A DNA stretch of 64,000 nt, taken from positions 1 through 64,000 of IMG/VR virus record IMGVR_UViG_3300014204_000169, one strand, 5' to 3'. Below the pieces are notes generated by a model, which saw only the letters and a list, made by a program, of their open reading frames with translations, was not told the origin of the DNA and made no database searches. Source of the stretch: a virus. Lineage: Duplodnaviria > Caudoviricetes. The position numbers were made by a program, and so were the translations under genes. Positions 8,173 through 19,191 of the stretch are shown piece by piece (position 1 is the stretch's first letter; every line of letters starts with the position of its first letter).

Positions 8173-11100
8173 TGGATATCGGCGATTTAATGGGTTCTTT
8201 GGGAATGAATACAAAGGGCTTAGATGATGCCCGAAAGCGTTTAGTTGACTTTGGTAATTCTGTTAATAAAGAAATGCAATCTGCGCAAAAAGCCACCGAC
8301 CTTTTTTCACAAGGGGTCGGTGGTTCTGTAGTAAAAATAACTAATGAACTTACTAAAATGCAAAGAGTTGCAAAACTCACAGTAGGAGAAACTGCAAAAT
8401 CTTTTGAGAGTTTAGGTATATTTGCTAAAGGTACGGGGAGTCAAGTTAGTAAAGTAACTTCAGAAATGAAACTTGCTGCAATTGAAACAGCAAAATTAAA
8501 AAGAGAATCAGAAGCCTTAGCATTGGCTCAACAAAAAGCAAACAACCCGCTTGGTAATTTGCGAAATAGTTTATTAAGAACACCAACGAATGTAAATCAA
8601 AATTATCAACCTGCTAATTATGCTCGTCCTGGAGGTATTTCATATAGTGGTTCTAGTAGGCAATTACCTTTTGTTCCACTTAATAATGGTTTGAAATCTT
8701 CAGTAGATGCTTGGCAACTTTATAAAAATGCTGCTCAACAAGCAACATATGTAACAGATCAATTTGGTAATGCCACACGTAAGGTAACTCAAAGTGGTAG
8801 GGGGATGAATGATTGGGTTATTGGTGTTGCTAAAGGCATGTTGCTATATAAAGGTTTGTCTGTTGTACTAAATGTTCTTACTGAAGCTATTAAAGCCCCT
8901 GGAGAAGCTTCAAGAGAATTTGAAAAGAATTTTGCTAATGTGAAAAGGCTTTTTGAAGGAACTCCAGAAGAATTTAATAAAATGGGCAAGGAATTTAGAC
9001 AACTTGCTAAAGAGATTCCATTGCCCCTAGAAGAGATTTTGAAGTTAGGTGCTGCTGCTGGGCAGTTAGGCATAGAAAAAGAGAACGTAGTGGCTTTTAC
9101 AAGAACTATGGGCATGTTGGGAAAGACAGCAGATAACTTAAATTCAGAAGAATCAGCTATGGCTTTAGCTAAGTTTGCTAATATTGCTGATCTAGCTAAA
9201 GCTGATTTCGATAAGTTAGCTTCTGCAATACTTTATGCTGGAACTAAATCAGCTACTACAGAAAAAGATGTAGTAAACCTTGGACAAAGAATTGTTGCTA
9301 CTGGTAAGCAAATGGGTATGTCAAATGCTCAAGTGGTTGCTTGGGCAGCAGCAATATCTTCTGTAGGTGTTAGAGTGTATGCTGGTGGTACAGCATTTAA
9401 TACAATTCTTGCAAGTATGGATAGAGCTGTTGCTACAAATAGTAATAAACTAAAACTTTATAATAGTATTGTTCCAAATTTTGCTAATTTATTTAGAACA
9501 AATGCCTCTAATGCCTTAAATTTATTTGTAGAAGCTCTTGGTAAGATGGATAAGTCTAGTGGAAAAACTACTTTGACTTTAGATAGATTAGGTTTAAAGA
9601 ATGCTGGTGTTACCAGAACTTTACTAAGTTTAGCTAACGGGCATAAAATTATTAATCCTTTGATAGAAGGGACTTCAAATGCATATGCAAAAGGCACATA
9701 TGCAATGGAACAATTTAAAATAAAAACAGATACAGCAGATGCCCGAATTCAATTATTTAAGAATACAATGCATGATTGGGCAATTACCGTAGGGGATTCA
9801 TTTTTAACGGTTACTAAAAAAACATTTGATTGGGCAGCAAAAACTGTAGCTTCTGTGAATGCTGTTACAGTAGCTTTAGGAACTCTAACATCTGTAGCCG
9901 TTATTGGTGGGCTTATTTCTCTTGGAGGAAAACTTACTAATTTATGGCTATCATTTTCTTATGGTTTGGGGACTATTGAAGCTCTTAAAGGCGGTGTAAT
10001 GGGTTTAGCAGCAGCATTTCCAATTTTAATAACTGCTGTAACAGCAACTATAGCTGTTTTTACTGGATGGAAAATCGGAGAGTGGATTGATAAATTTGAT
10101 TTATTAGGAACACATGCAGAATCAGCTTCTAAAAAAATTGCAAATACTTCTTGGGCACAAGCAAGATTATTAAAAGCTCAAGCAGAGAGTATGGGGATTG
10201 ATTTAACTTCAAAAGGATTAGGTTCAATTAGTCCTAATAATCTTTCTTACTACTCAAATGAGGTTCAAAAAATAATTGATCAATACAAAAAGGAGCATCC
10301 TGAGTTAGTAAAAGTAAATAAGGAACTGAAGAATCAAGTAAATTGGATGAATGAGATTGCTGCTGCTGAAGCTAGGGCTTCAGGGGAATCTGAGAAATTA
10401 ATACCTTATTTAACTAAATTAAATGAAGCAAAAACTAATTTAGAAGCTGCAATTAAATCAGCAAGAGAAGGTGTTGGGGATACTAATGAATTAAAAACAT
10501 TATCTCAAGCAGTAAATTTAGCACAGAAGAAATATGATTTGATGAAAGAGCAAGAAAAACTTAGTAAAAAAATATATAAGATGGAAAACTTATCTGCCCC
10601 TATTAGTTCTATTAGAACTATGCCTAAAGGAACTAAAGAAGGATTAGAACATCTTAGAACTCAAGGTTATCTTGGTCCAGTAGCAGAAGTACTTACTAAA
10701 AATGCTTTTGCTGCAATGGATGATTGGATTAAGCAAGTTAGAGAAGCAAGAGAGATGGAGTTAGAGTTAAAGAAGAATATTATTTCTGAACAAATGAAAC
10801 AATTAGATTTTGAAAAAGAAATGTATCAACAGGGTATGATTTTTACTGCTGAAGAACAAAAAGCAGCAGAAATTAAAAAAGTTAATTTTGATTCAATTAA
10901 TGAAAAGAAAAAATTAGAATTGCAATATCAATTAACTTCATTAGACTTGGAAAAAGAATTAGAGAATATAAGAGAACATTCTAAAACTGGTTCTGGATTC
11001 TTACCATTTTTACTTGCTCAAGCCCAAGCAAAAGCTAAATTAGCAAAAACTATTTTAGAACAAGAAACAAGTAATCTTGAGATTGCTAGAATAAAGAAAA

Positions 11101-13247
11101 CTATTGATATTGAACAAGAGTATCGTAAAGAAAAAATAATGGAACTGCGTGAAATCGCAGGAACACTATTTGATGATCTTCTTTCTGGTAATGAAAATAT
11201 TTGGTCTAATTTACTAAATTCCTTTAAGAGAGTTTTTTTAAAACCAGCAAAAGAAGCTTTTCAAAAATACTTTCAATCTCTTTTATTTAATTCAGATGGT
11301 TCAGCAAAAGGGGAAGATAGTACTAGTACCAGCGGGGGTCTTACTGGATTTATTAGTGGACTTGTTCCAATGGCAACAAAGGTAATGGGACCATTAGCGT
11401 TAGCAGGACAAGCTGCTTTTTCTAAAAATCCTTATCTAAAAACTGCTGGTATAGTAGGTATGGCGGGTGCAGGATTAGCAGCAGCTAGTACACTTATGGT
11501 TGGTGGGGGTACTACTTTATTCACTACTGTTTTAGCAGCAGCAGCGCCAATGATTGCGGCAGCGGCGGGGGCTGCTATGGCTGGTGTAGCAATTGCAAAT
11601 GCTGTTATTGGGGATGATAGTTATGAATCAGGATCAAAACAAATAAAAAAGGCTTTTGGTGTAAATTTTTCAGCAAAGCAATATCAAGCATTTGTTAATT
11701 CATTAGGTATGAATGAAGCTCAAGCTTGGGGAGTTAGAGCAGATCTTAATTGGTCTCCTAAAATGATTTCTGAAAATATTGCTCCATTAGCTAAAGATGC
11801 AGGAAAAATTGATCAGTTATTAAAAGCTGCTGAAACAGCATCCGCTGGACATAATGTAGTAAATATGCGTCCTGCAATTGAGATAGGAATACTTACTAAT
11901 AATTGGGATGCTCTTAATAAAGTATTCAAAGAAACTGCTGGTTTTGCAAATCTTATTGAAAGTAAGATTCCTGGCATCACTGAAAAGTTAATGGCTGGAG
12001 AAGAAGTATTAAAACCATATGAACAATTAATTGTAAACTTTAATAATTTAGGTACATCTATTAAAGAAACAATTACATCTTCATCAAAGATGTATGACAC
12101 ATTTTTAAGTACAGGAGATATTACAGAAAAACTTAGTAAACAAATTCAAGATGTTAATGGTAATCTTGCAGCTTTTGAGAAATTATCTAGTCTTACTAAA
12201 ATAAGTACTCAGTTTTCTGAACTTATTACTAATTTTATTAATACTGGAGAGGTCACAGAAGAACTTACAAAGATTATTACTGATTTTGGAGGTAGTGTTG
12301 AGTTATTAAGTCAGATGGATATTGCTAGTGGGATGTCTGAATCTGTTACTTTTATATCCAATCTTGTTTCTGAGTTAAAGAATCTTGCTCCTGAACTTGA
12401 CCCAATTAATCAGATTCTTTCTGGAAAAATTGGTACTGAAGCTTTAGCTGCATTAAATCAAGCTGGGCTTGATGTAGAACAAATTACTAAACTCACTAAT
12501 GCAATTAATGCTAAAAATGTTCTAGGTGATTTAGAAGCTTTCCCTAGAATGACTGAAGATATTAAGAATGCTTTATTAAATTATGGTGGGGATGCTGGAG
12601 CTACAGCAATAGCAAATTACGCTAATGGTATTAATACTATTACAACAGACTTATTAAAATCTGTTACAGAATCAATGAATGCTGCATTTTATGCAGAACT
12701 TAGTAATGTTACTTCCTATTTAACTGAAACACAAACAACAATGGAAGATACATTAAAAACATTAATGGAAAACATTAATGCTCAATTTACTACTGTTGGA
12801 GATGCTATTACAGCATCGATTGATATTGCTAAACAAGCTGTTGTTGATGCAATAAATCAAATAATATTGAGTATTGCAACTACTGAAGGGGGAGCAGCGG
12901 CAGCAACATCTTCTTTATGGAATGGGGCTATCGCTGTAGGATCAACTAATACAACTTCAGAAAGCACTACATGGCCAGGATATACAATGTCTCCTGAAGA
13001 ACAAGCTCAAAAACTTTGGCAGATTCAGAATAATATACCTACTCTTGCTGAAGGTGGTTCTGTTGCAAAAACTGGTTGGGCGGTGGTTCATGAAGGTGAA
13101 ACATATAGTGGTATTGGGAAATCTTTAGGAAAAGGTGATATACATATACACTTAGAAGGTGCTACAATAAATGGTGTAGATGATTTAGATAATAAGTTAA
13201 TGTTATCAGCAAAGAGATTACGAAATCGTGGATTTGCTTTTGCCTAG
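8172..13247 (+). CDS. Tape measure protein (TP901-family core)
   Basis: 1691 aa, Ala/Gly-rich helical; FEKNFANVKRLFEGTPEEF...A..AGQLGI core; C-terminal LAEGG.V...G.AVVHEGE. Confidence 0.9.
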   Translation: MDIGDLMGSLGMNTKGLDDARKRLVDFGNSVNKEMQSAQKATDLFSQGVGGSVVKITNELTKMQRVAKLTVGETAKSFESLGIFAKGTGSQVSKVTSEMKLAAIETAKLKRESEALALAQQKANNPLGNLRNSLLRTPTNVNQNYQPANYARPGGISYSGSSRQLPFVPLNNGLKSSVDAWQLYKNAAQQATYVTDQFGNATRKVTQSGRGMNDWVIGVAKGMLLYKGLSVVLNVLTEAIKAPGEASREFEKNFANVKRLFEGTPEEFNKMGKEFRQLAKEIPLPLEEILKLGAAAGQLGIEKENVVAFTRTMGMLGKTADNLNSEESAMALAKFANIADLAKADFDKLASAILYAGTKSATTEKDVVNLGQRIVATGKQMGMSNAQVVAWAAAISSVGVRVYAGGTAFNTILASMDRAVATNSNKLKLYNSIVPNFANLFRTNASNALNLFVEALGKMDKSSGKTTLTLDRLGLKNAGVTRTLLSLANGHKIINPLIEGTSNAYAKGTYAMEQFKIKTDTADARIQLFKNTMHDWAITVGDSFLTVTKKTFDWAAKTVASVNAVTVALGTLTSVAVIGGLISLGGKLTNLWLSFSYGLGTIEALKGGVMGLAAAFPILITAVTATIAVFTGWKIGEWIDKFDLLGTHAESASKKIANTSWAQARLLKAQAESMGIDLTSKGLGSISPNNLSYYSNEVQKIIDQYKKEHPELVKVNKELKNQVNWMNEIAAAEARASGESEKLIPYLTKLNEAKTNLEAAIKSAREGVGDTNELKTLSQAVNLAQKKYDLMKEQEKLSKKIYKMENLSAPISSIRTMPKGTKEGLEHLRTQGYLGPVAEVLTKNAFAAMDDWIKQVREAREMELELKKNIISEQMKQLDFEKEMYQQGMIFTAEEQKAAEIKKVNFDSINEKKKLELQYQLTSLDLEKELENIREHSKTGSGFLPFLLAQAQAKAKLAKTILEQETSNLEIARIKKTIDIEQEYRKEKIMELREIAGTLFDDLLSGNENIWSNLLNSFKRVFLKPAKEAFQKYFQSLLFNSDGSAKGEDSTSTSGGLTGFISGLVPMATKVMGPLALAGQAAFSKNPYLKTAGIVGMAGAGLAAASTLMVGGGTTLFTTVLAAAAPMIAAAAGAAMAGVAIANAVIGDDSYESGSKQIKKAFGVNFSAKQYQAFVNSLGMNEAQAWGVRADLNWSPKMISENIAPLAKDAGKIDQLLKAAETASAGHNVVNMRPAIEIGILTNNWDALNKVFKETAGFANLIESKIPGITEKLMAGEEVLKPYEQLIVNFNNLGTSIKETITSSSKMYDTFLSTGDITEKLSKQIQDVNGNLAAFEKLSSLTKISTQFSELITNFINTGEVTEELTKIITDFGGSVELLSQMDIASGMSESVTFISNLVSELKNLAPELDPINQILSGKIGTEALAALNQAGLDVEQITKLTNAINAKNVLGDLEAFPRMTEDIKNALLNYGGDAGATAIANYANGINTITTDLLKSVTESMNAAFYAELSNVTSYLTETQTTMEDTLKTLMENINAQFTTVGDAITASIDIAKQAVVDAINQIILSIATTEGGAAAATSSLWNGAIAVGSTNTTSESTTWPGYTMSPEEQAQKLWQIQNNIPTLAEGGSVAKTGWAVVHEGETYSGIGKSLGKGDIHIHLEGATINGVDDLDNKLMLSAKRLRNRGFAFA

Positions 13248-13256
13248 GATTTAATA

Positions 13257-16200
13257 ATGACTTGGACTCCAGATACAACACCAGCATCTAGGACATTCCC
13301 ACTATCTGCAAGTGATGAACAATTTCCACTTTTACAGGGTGAAGCTAGTGTTGTACCTACACCTACAGGAGCTGAAGCATTAAAATTTTATGTTGATTGG
13401 AATAACAATTTAATGTTTGACCACGCATATTCAGATATTTCTGATTATGTACAAAGTGTGTCTTGGTCAAGAGGTAGATCTGGACCATCTCCTCAATATG
13501 ATGTTGCTGGAACAATGCAACTTAACTTATTAAATAATACTGCTATTTTTTCATCTTTTAATACAGCAAGTCCTATTTATGGATTAATACTTCCAAATTT
13601 AAGAGTAAAAATTACTTCTCAAATTGGCAGCGGTTCAATAGAAATAGTAGGTTTATTTAAACTTGATTCTATTATTCCAGAAACAGGCTCTTGTAAAAAT
13701 GAAGGAACAGCAACACTTGCTGCATCTGGAGTTATTTCAAGATTTACTAAAGGTAAAGTAAATATAGCTTTACTTAATAATGCTCCTACAGGAAATCATG
13801 TTGAATTAATCCTAGATAACTATGGTGTCCATCCTTCCGAAAGAATCGTTGACACCGGATTATCTACTATTAGCAAATGGTGGTTTTCTAAAGATAGTTC
13901 ATACCTTGAAGAACTTCATGCAATTCAAGATGCTGAATGTGGTCGTTTTAGAGGAGATCGAAAAGGAAATCATGTTTTTGATGATCGAGCACATTCATAT
14001 AATCCACCAAATGATGTTGCTCAAGTAATATATGGTACTAGTGGGCTTGGTTTATGGGATGTTCAGCAATTTGATCCTATTGAAAATATTTATAATTATG
14101 CTACTGGAAAAGTAAAAGTATTTAATACATCAGAAGATATGATCCTTACTATAATTTCTGATGTTGTTGGTAATTCAGGTGGAACTCCTCCTATTGTTCC
14201 TGGCAATGGTACTTTAACAGTTAGATTTGAATGTCCTTGTCCAGGCAGTCCTTCAGAAGTTAAATCAGTAGATTCTTGGAGTATTGTAGATCTTGAAGGA
14301 AACACTAATGCTGCTGGTACTGGAACGGATATTACTACAGATTTATCTTATGTAAAAACTGAATATGGTCAAAAATTAGAAGTAGTAATAACAAATGTAA
14401 ATGCATTACCTGCACATCTTATTATGTTAAGAGCCCATGGTGTTGCAATTGTTGAAGGTGATGTTACAGAAATTATATCTCAAGATACAACTAGTATTAC
14501 CAAATATGGGAAAAGAGAATTTCCAAATATTAATGAGTGGGACACTAATCTTGAAGATGCTCAAGCTAGATTAGATTATTTAATTGCAATTAATAAAGAC
14601 CCAAAACCAAGAATACAGTTTACTGTTAAAGGTGTTAATGAACTCCATCTAGTAGAAATGCAAAAGCGTGAACTAGGAGATAGGATACATGTTAATGCAT
14701 CTCTTGCGGCTACTGGATTAGCCATTGATGCTGATTTTATTGTTGATCATATACAACACGCAAAAGACATAAATTCTTTACATACAATGCAAATTACATG
14801 TACTTTTGCTCCAACAATACAACTTGCAAAGAGTGGGACGGCTTACACGCCGAAAGTAATTCCAACGGCTACGAAAGATTTCGTCCTTCCCGGAGTGCCT
14901 ATTTCGTTGAGCGTTGAGGCTTCTACCTATAAATTTGTAGTACAGTGGGTAGATCCAGCAACGGGCAATCTGACCCTATTCGATAGTTGCGTGCAATTCG
15001 CCTCTGATGCCGCATTCACGACCGATGTAACTACTCGTTATGGATTAGGATATGTAAATAATTACACGTTCTCTTTTCCGCTTAAGACTCGCTATTTCCG
15101 GGTGGCGATGTACAACGAGTCTGGACTAGCCTCAAATGCCACTACAAAGGCCGCTATCGTTGCGGCTGGCGGAAGCGCTGATTATGGCTGGGGTCCATTT
15201 TGCGCCGTATCTGCGGCTGTCACAACTGCAGGACTGCTTACAACAGACGTTGCCCCAAACACACTTGTTCCTGCAAATATGAACATTTCCCTGCGCGGGT
15301 GGACGCTCACTTGCGTATTTTCTGCCCTCGACGCCGATACCGTTCAATGGACATCGGGAACTTTCACGGCAGCGGATGGTACGCCATATGCCATAAGCGC
15401 TGGAAATACCGGCAATATGGCAGCGGTAACGCATATCTACCTAGACATAAATATATCTACCACGGCATTGCAAGTGACCGCTAATGCAGCGTTATCATTG
15501 GGGATTGGTCGCGTACAGGTTGGGGTGGCTATCAATCAAACATCCCGCGCAACATTCCAAATATTTGGAGGTGTTGGCGGAATTAATCTGCTTGTTGACA
15601 ATTTGGTCTCCAATGCGGCCAGCGTGAACGAATTCATATCAAATACGGCCCAAATTGCCAATCTTATTGTGACCAATGCCAAAATAGCGGGACTATCTGT
15701 TGATAAGCTGACCGCAGGGGCGATCACTTCGAAAATCATAGAACTTGTTCTTGATCCAGGTAATGGTGACGCTGCAATCCGATTAGGAAAGACGGATTTT
15801 GGAGACGATACGCATTCAGGATTCATTCTTGGGGCCGACGATAGCGATAGCGATAAGCCAAAGTTTGAAATCGGTTCAAGCGCTACAAAGAAGCTTTCTT
15901 ATGACGGCACTGACCTTGCGCTTATCGGTGGAACTGTTACCGGCGGGACGCTCCAGACGGAAGCAACTGCATCCAGGGGTTTTAAAATAACATCGACTGG
16001 CTTCAAGGGATACGATGGGGCTGGCGCTGAAACGCTGTCTTATACAGCATTAACTGGAGCAATCGCGCTCACGGGCTCAATAACCGCAGGAGTAGGATCA
16101 ACTATTGCAGCGACGTATTTATCGGGCCAGATCATTGATAGTCAGATTGCACCGGGAGCCGTTCTTGGTAGCTCTGGAGATCCTGCGGCACCAGATTTTA

Positions 16201-16505
16201 CAGCAGGAACCCTTACTCTTGATAATAACTGGCACGATTTAGATCTTAGCGCAATCGTTCCTGCTGGGCGAAATTTTGTTCTTCTTCGCGTCTTTCTTTC
16301 CGCCGTATCGACGACGACTAAATCGGTGTTCTTTCGAAAAAATGGCAACTCTAATGCCGTAAATGTCAGCAGTATATCGGCCTATGCCGGACAAGTTGCC
16401 TATGCGGATGTGATCGTTCCAATGGACGCCAATCGCGTGATTGAATACGAGGGCGTGGCAAGTCCATATGCTCTTGAAATAACCATTGGTGGATGGTTCA
16501 CGTAG
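13257..16505 (+). CDS. Tail tip / baseplate hub-central fibre protein with GC-rich C-terminal half
   Basis: 1082 aa directly after TMP; N-terminal SDYVQSVSWSRGR..GT..L.L.N hub-like motif; Gly/Thr/Ala-rich fibre-like C-terminus. Confidence 0.65.
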   Translation: MTWTPDTTPASRTFPLSASDEQFPLLQGEASVVPTPTGAEALKFYVDWNNNLMFDHAYSDISDYVQSVSWSRGRSGPSPQYDVAGTMQLNLLNNTAIFSSFNTASPIYGLILPNLRVKITSQIGSGSIEIVGLFKLDSIIPETGSCKNEGTATLAASGVISRFTKGKVNIALLNNAPTGNHVELILDNYGVHPSERIVDTGLSTISKWWFSKDSSYLEELHAIQDAECGRFRGDRKGNHVFDDRAHSYNPPNDVAQVIYGTSGLGLWDVQQFDPIENIYNYATGKVKVFNTSEDMILTIISDVVGNSGGTPPIVPGNGTLTVRFECPCPGSPSEVKSVDSWSIVDLEGNTNAAGTGTDITTDLSYVKTEYGQKLEVVITNVNALPAHLIMLRAHGVAIVEGDVTEIISQDTTSITKYGKREFPNINEWDTNLEDAQARLDYLIAINKDPKPRIQFTVKGVNELHLVEMQKRELGDRIHVNASLAATGLAIDADFIVDHIQHAKDINSLHTMQITCTFAPTIQLAKSGTAYTPKVIPTATKDFVLPGVPISLSVEASTYKFVVQWVDPATGNLTLFDSCVQFASDAAFTTDVTTRYGLGYVNNYTFSFPLKTRYFRVAMYNESGLASNATTKAAIVAAGGSADYGWGPFCAVSAAVTTAGLLTTDVAPNTLVPANMNISLRGWTLTCVFSALDADTVQWTSGTFTAADGTPYAISAGNTGNMAAVTHIYLDINISTTALQVTANAALSLGIGRVQVGVAINQTSRATFQIFGGVGGINLLVDNLVSNAASVNEFISNTAQIANLIVTNAKIAGLSVDKLTAGAITSKIIELVLDPGNGDAAIRLGKTDFGDDTHSGFILGADDSDSDKPKFEIGSSATKKLSYDGTDLALIGGTVTGGTLQTEATASRGFKITSTGFKGYDGAGAETLSYTALTGAIALTGSITAGVGSTIAATYLSGQIIDSQIAPGAVLGSSGDPAAPDFTAGTLTLDNNWHDLDLSAIVPAGRNFVLLRVFLSAVSTTTKSVFFRKNGNSNAVNVSSISAYAGQVAYADVIVPMDANRVIEYEGVASPYALEITIGGWFT

Positions 16506-16512
16506 AGGAATT

Positions 16513-16809
16513 ATGAATCTTATAGCTAAAGCACAAGACGTGACCATTGGATATATCGAAATTGACAAGTGGACACTAGATCCTATTACGGAACGCCTCG
16601 TCATTTGGTTTCATCTAAATGACCATCCGATGCTTCATTATCAATTTGGTCAAGATATTACGGCATCTCTTTGGGTTCTACTCGATGTTGACGCCGGAGT
16701 CGATGAAGACAAAGCAAAAGCTTTGTTAATGGCAGAAAAACCTGCATTTAATTCGGTCGCGCGGGTTGCTTGGAATTTACCGTTTCTTATTGTTGAGCAG
16801 GAAAATTGA
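16513..16809 (+). CDS. Hypothetical protein, possible tail fibre accessory
   Basis: AGAGGA RBS before ATG 16513; follows the tail tip gene. Confidence 0.45.
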   Translation: MNLIAKAQDVTIGYIEIDKWTLDPITERLVIWFHLNDHPMLHYQFGQDITASLWVLLDVDAGVDEDKAKALLMAEKPAFNSVARVAWNLPFLIVEQEN

Positions 16810-16828
16810 CAGAAAATAGGAGAGCACT

Positions 16829-17083
16829 ATGGTTGAACGCAGAAATCACTGGTTGCAGACACTCTCAATAGTAATCCCGCTAATCATCACGATGATCGGG
16901 CTGGCGATAGCATCGGAACACAGAATCACTATCGTTGAATCCGGTCTGGATGAGATGAAGACTCAAACAGCCATACTTGCCAGCAATCAAAGAATGGTCA
17001 TGGAAACACTGGCAAAAACCACGGCAATCATGGACATGATGTGCAAGAGACACGAAATAGAGGACACGAAAGGAAAACAATGA
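16829..17083 (+). CDS. Holin-like small membrane protein (1 TM + coiled coil)
   Basis: AGGAGAG RBS; hydrophobic LSIVIPLIITMIGLAIA followed by heptad-like segment. Confidence 0.5.
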   Translation: MVERRNHWLQTLSIVIPLIITMIGLAIASEHRITIVESGLDEMKTQTAILASNQRMVMETLAKTTAIMDMMCKRHEIEDTKGKQ

Positions 17084-17256
17084 TGCTATCAAAAATATTA
17101 TTAATCTCCTCTCTTCTATTCGGCATGGGTGGATGGTTAGCAACATTGCCGACTTGGAGCGCTGCATTGACTCCGATATCCATGGGCGGGTTATTTATGA
17201 TTATTGGCTCCATAGTTGCTGCATGGCTTGGGCAATCTCCAATTAAAGGAAAGTAG
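17080..17256 (+). CDS. Holin-like two-TM membrane protein
   Basis: ATGA overlap with the upstream gene; two hydrophobic helices and a basic C-terminus (SPIKGK). Confidence 0.5.
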   Translation: MMLSKILLISSLLFGMGGWLATLPTWSAALTPISMGGLFMIIGSIVAAWLGQSPIKGK

Positions 17257-17261
17257 GATTT

Positions 17262-19178
17262 ATGGCTACTCGCTGGACAACGCTGACATATACCACTGCA
17301 AGCATTGCCGGGGGCGCAAGCCTTGTGGTTAATAGCACAATTGATGCCGTGAATATTGACATTGGCCTGATTGCCGTGCTGCCAAGCATAAATTCCGGCA
17401 CAACCACGTTCGGGATCTACAAAAAAGATACCTGTCTTGATTCGGACATGGTTTACCAGAACACAAAGGCAGGAAACCTCTATGACCCCATCCAGCGAGT
17501 AGGAGTAACCGAGCAAACAAGAAACGAGTTCCTTGTTGCTAAATATGACGACCTGGATGACTCACTGGAACTACATCAGAAGATCACAAACACGAGCGCG
17601 GATGCAAAGACCTATGACGTAACGATTGTCTATGTCAAGCATTCAGGAGCTGCTGAAACGAAATCTTTGACGGATTTCGGAGCAGACGCAACTGGAACGG
17701 TATCGGCTATTGCGGCATTGACGGCGGCAGAGGCAGCCGGGAAACCGCTGATTATTCCTTATGGGACATTTTTGATTGACGCTAACATTACGGTGTCAAT
17801 TTCCTTAATCTACGAAGGCGGTCAATTTACCTCCTCCAACGCCTCAACCCTAACCCTCACCGACCCTCAGAGTGGGAGTGATGGGCAGAGGTTTGCGGGG
17901 AATCTTGTAGTGGCTGGGCTCACAAAATCAAACCCAGTTTATTTTGGCGCAGTAGGTAATGGCACAACGGACGATAGCGATAAATTGATTTCCGCATTTT
18001 CTTCCGTGGCCACCAATCATGGCTTAGTGGAATTCGGGATAGGAATATTTCGGATTACCAAAACCATCCCCACAACTAGTATTGTTCTTCGGGGTATTAA
18101 CAGAGATAAGAGTCTGATCTTTTTGGATTATGATGGCATTGGACTAAGCGTAACAACAGATTCATTATCTCATTTCGAAATGCATGATATCGGCATCGTT
18201 GGCGAAACAGCATTTACGTGGTCGTTGACTACAGCAACAAGCCAGATAGCAGTGCTGATATCTAAGAGCCACAAATACATAATTGATAATTGCCAGTTTT
18301 ATCATCTCGATAATGCGATCAAAGTATATGGCGGTGCGTATTATGGGGTTATCGAAAAAAACCTCTTCCGGACAAATAAGACAAGCATGTACCTGTTAGC
18401 GGATACTCCCACAGCAGATGCCCCTAATGAAGCCAATATAATTTTCAATCAATTCGATATTTGGCCGGTATCCGTCGGAGGTCCAGGATCGACAATTGGG
18501 CTAAAGGTTGAAGGCGTAGCAGCCGCGGCATCCTCACATATCAAGGTTATTGGAAATGGTTTTGAAAATGTTGCTAATGGCATTAAGCTAATTAATGCAT
18601 GGGATGGGCAGTATTTAGATAACAGGTTTGAAGATGTAACAACATATATGGATGGCGACTCGGGAAGTGGGCGGAATTTCGTCCAGAGCAGCATGTATTT
18701 AGATCCATTAAAGTTTGTATTTGCAATTGGAGCCCCAAATACAAATACTTTAGTTATTCCTAACAGCAATGGAATCTATGACTGGAAAGGAACTGTCAAT
18801 GGGGAAACAATCCCTCCTGTCGTAACTGCGTGGACTCCGGTTGACGCGAGCGGCGCATCGCTTGTATTTACAGCTGCAGTGGGAACTTATTTAAAGACAG
18901 GCAAACAAGTGACTGCGTTTTTTTCGGTGGAGTACCCATCTACAGCTGATGCATCTCAAGCAAAAATAGGGGGATTGCCTTTTGCAGCAGTTGCCGGAGC
19001 GACCAATCCGTCTGGGGGGAATCTAGGCATTAACACCTCGGCCTCTCTTGTGTGTCCAATTGTCGTCGGGGGTGAGTCGTATTTTATAATGTCAGTAATA
19101 TCCACCAGCAGTGGCGCAACAAACGCAAATTTAAGTACTGCTTATTTGCGCGGATTTGTGACATACTTTACAAATTAA
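17262..19178 (+). CDS. Tailspike / pectate-lyase-like beta-helix depolymerase
   Basis: YFGAVGNGTTDDSDKL and DFGADATG cap motifs; I..N.F beta-helix repeats; C-terminal WTP...GTY.K.GKQV..F....IGGLPF. Confidence 0.75.
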   Translation: MATRWTTLTYTTASIAGGASLVVNSTIDAVNIDIGLIAVLPSINSGTTTFGIYKKDTCLDSDMVYQNTKAGNLYDPIQRVGVTEQTRNEFLVAKYDDLDDSLELHQKITNTSADAKTYDVTIVYVKHSGAAETKSLTDFGADATGTVSAIAALTAAEAAGKPLIIPYGTFLIDANITVSISLIYEGGQFTSSNASTLTLTDPQSGSDGQRFAGNLVVAGLTKSNPVYFGAVGNGTTDDSDKLISAFSSVATNHGLVEFGIGIFRITKTIPTTSIVLRGINRDKSLIFLDYDGIGLSVTTDSLSHFEMHDIGIVGETAFTWSLTTATSQIAVLISKSHKYIIDNCQFYHLDNAIKVYGGAYYGVIEKNLFRTNKTSMYLLADTPTADAPNEANIIFNQFDIWPVSVGGPGSTIGLKVEGVAAAASSHIKVIGNGFENVANGIKLINAWDGQYLDNRFEDVTTYMDGDSGSGRNFVQSSMYLDPLKFVFAIGAPNTNTLVIPNSNGIYDWKGTVNGETIPPVVTAWTPVDASGASLVFTAAVGTYLKTGKQVTAFFSVEYPSTADASQAKIGGLPFAAVAGATNPSGGNLGINTSASLVCPIVVGGESYFIMSVISTSSGATNANLSTAYLRGFVTYFTN

Positions 19179-19191
19179 AAGAGAGGATTTT

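Noticed and set aside
8150-16604. Antisense and alternate-frame ORFs within TMP and tail genes
   Set aside because: Fully overlap long conserved genes, with no RBS or motifs; they are more frequent where GC is high
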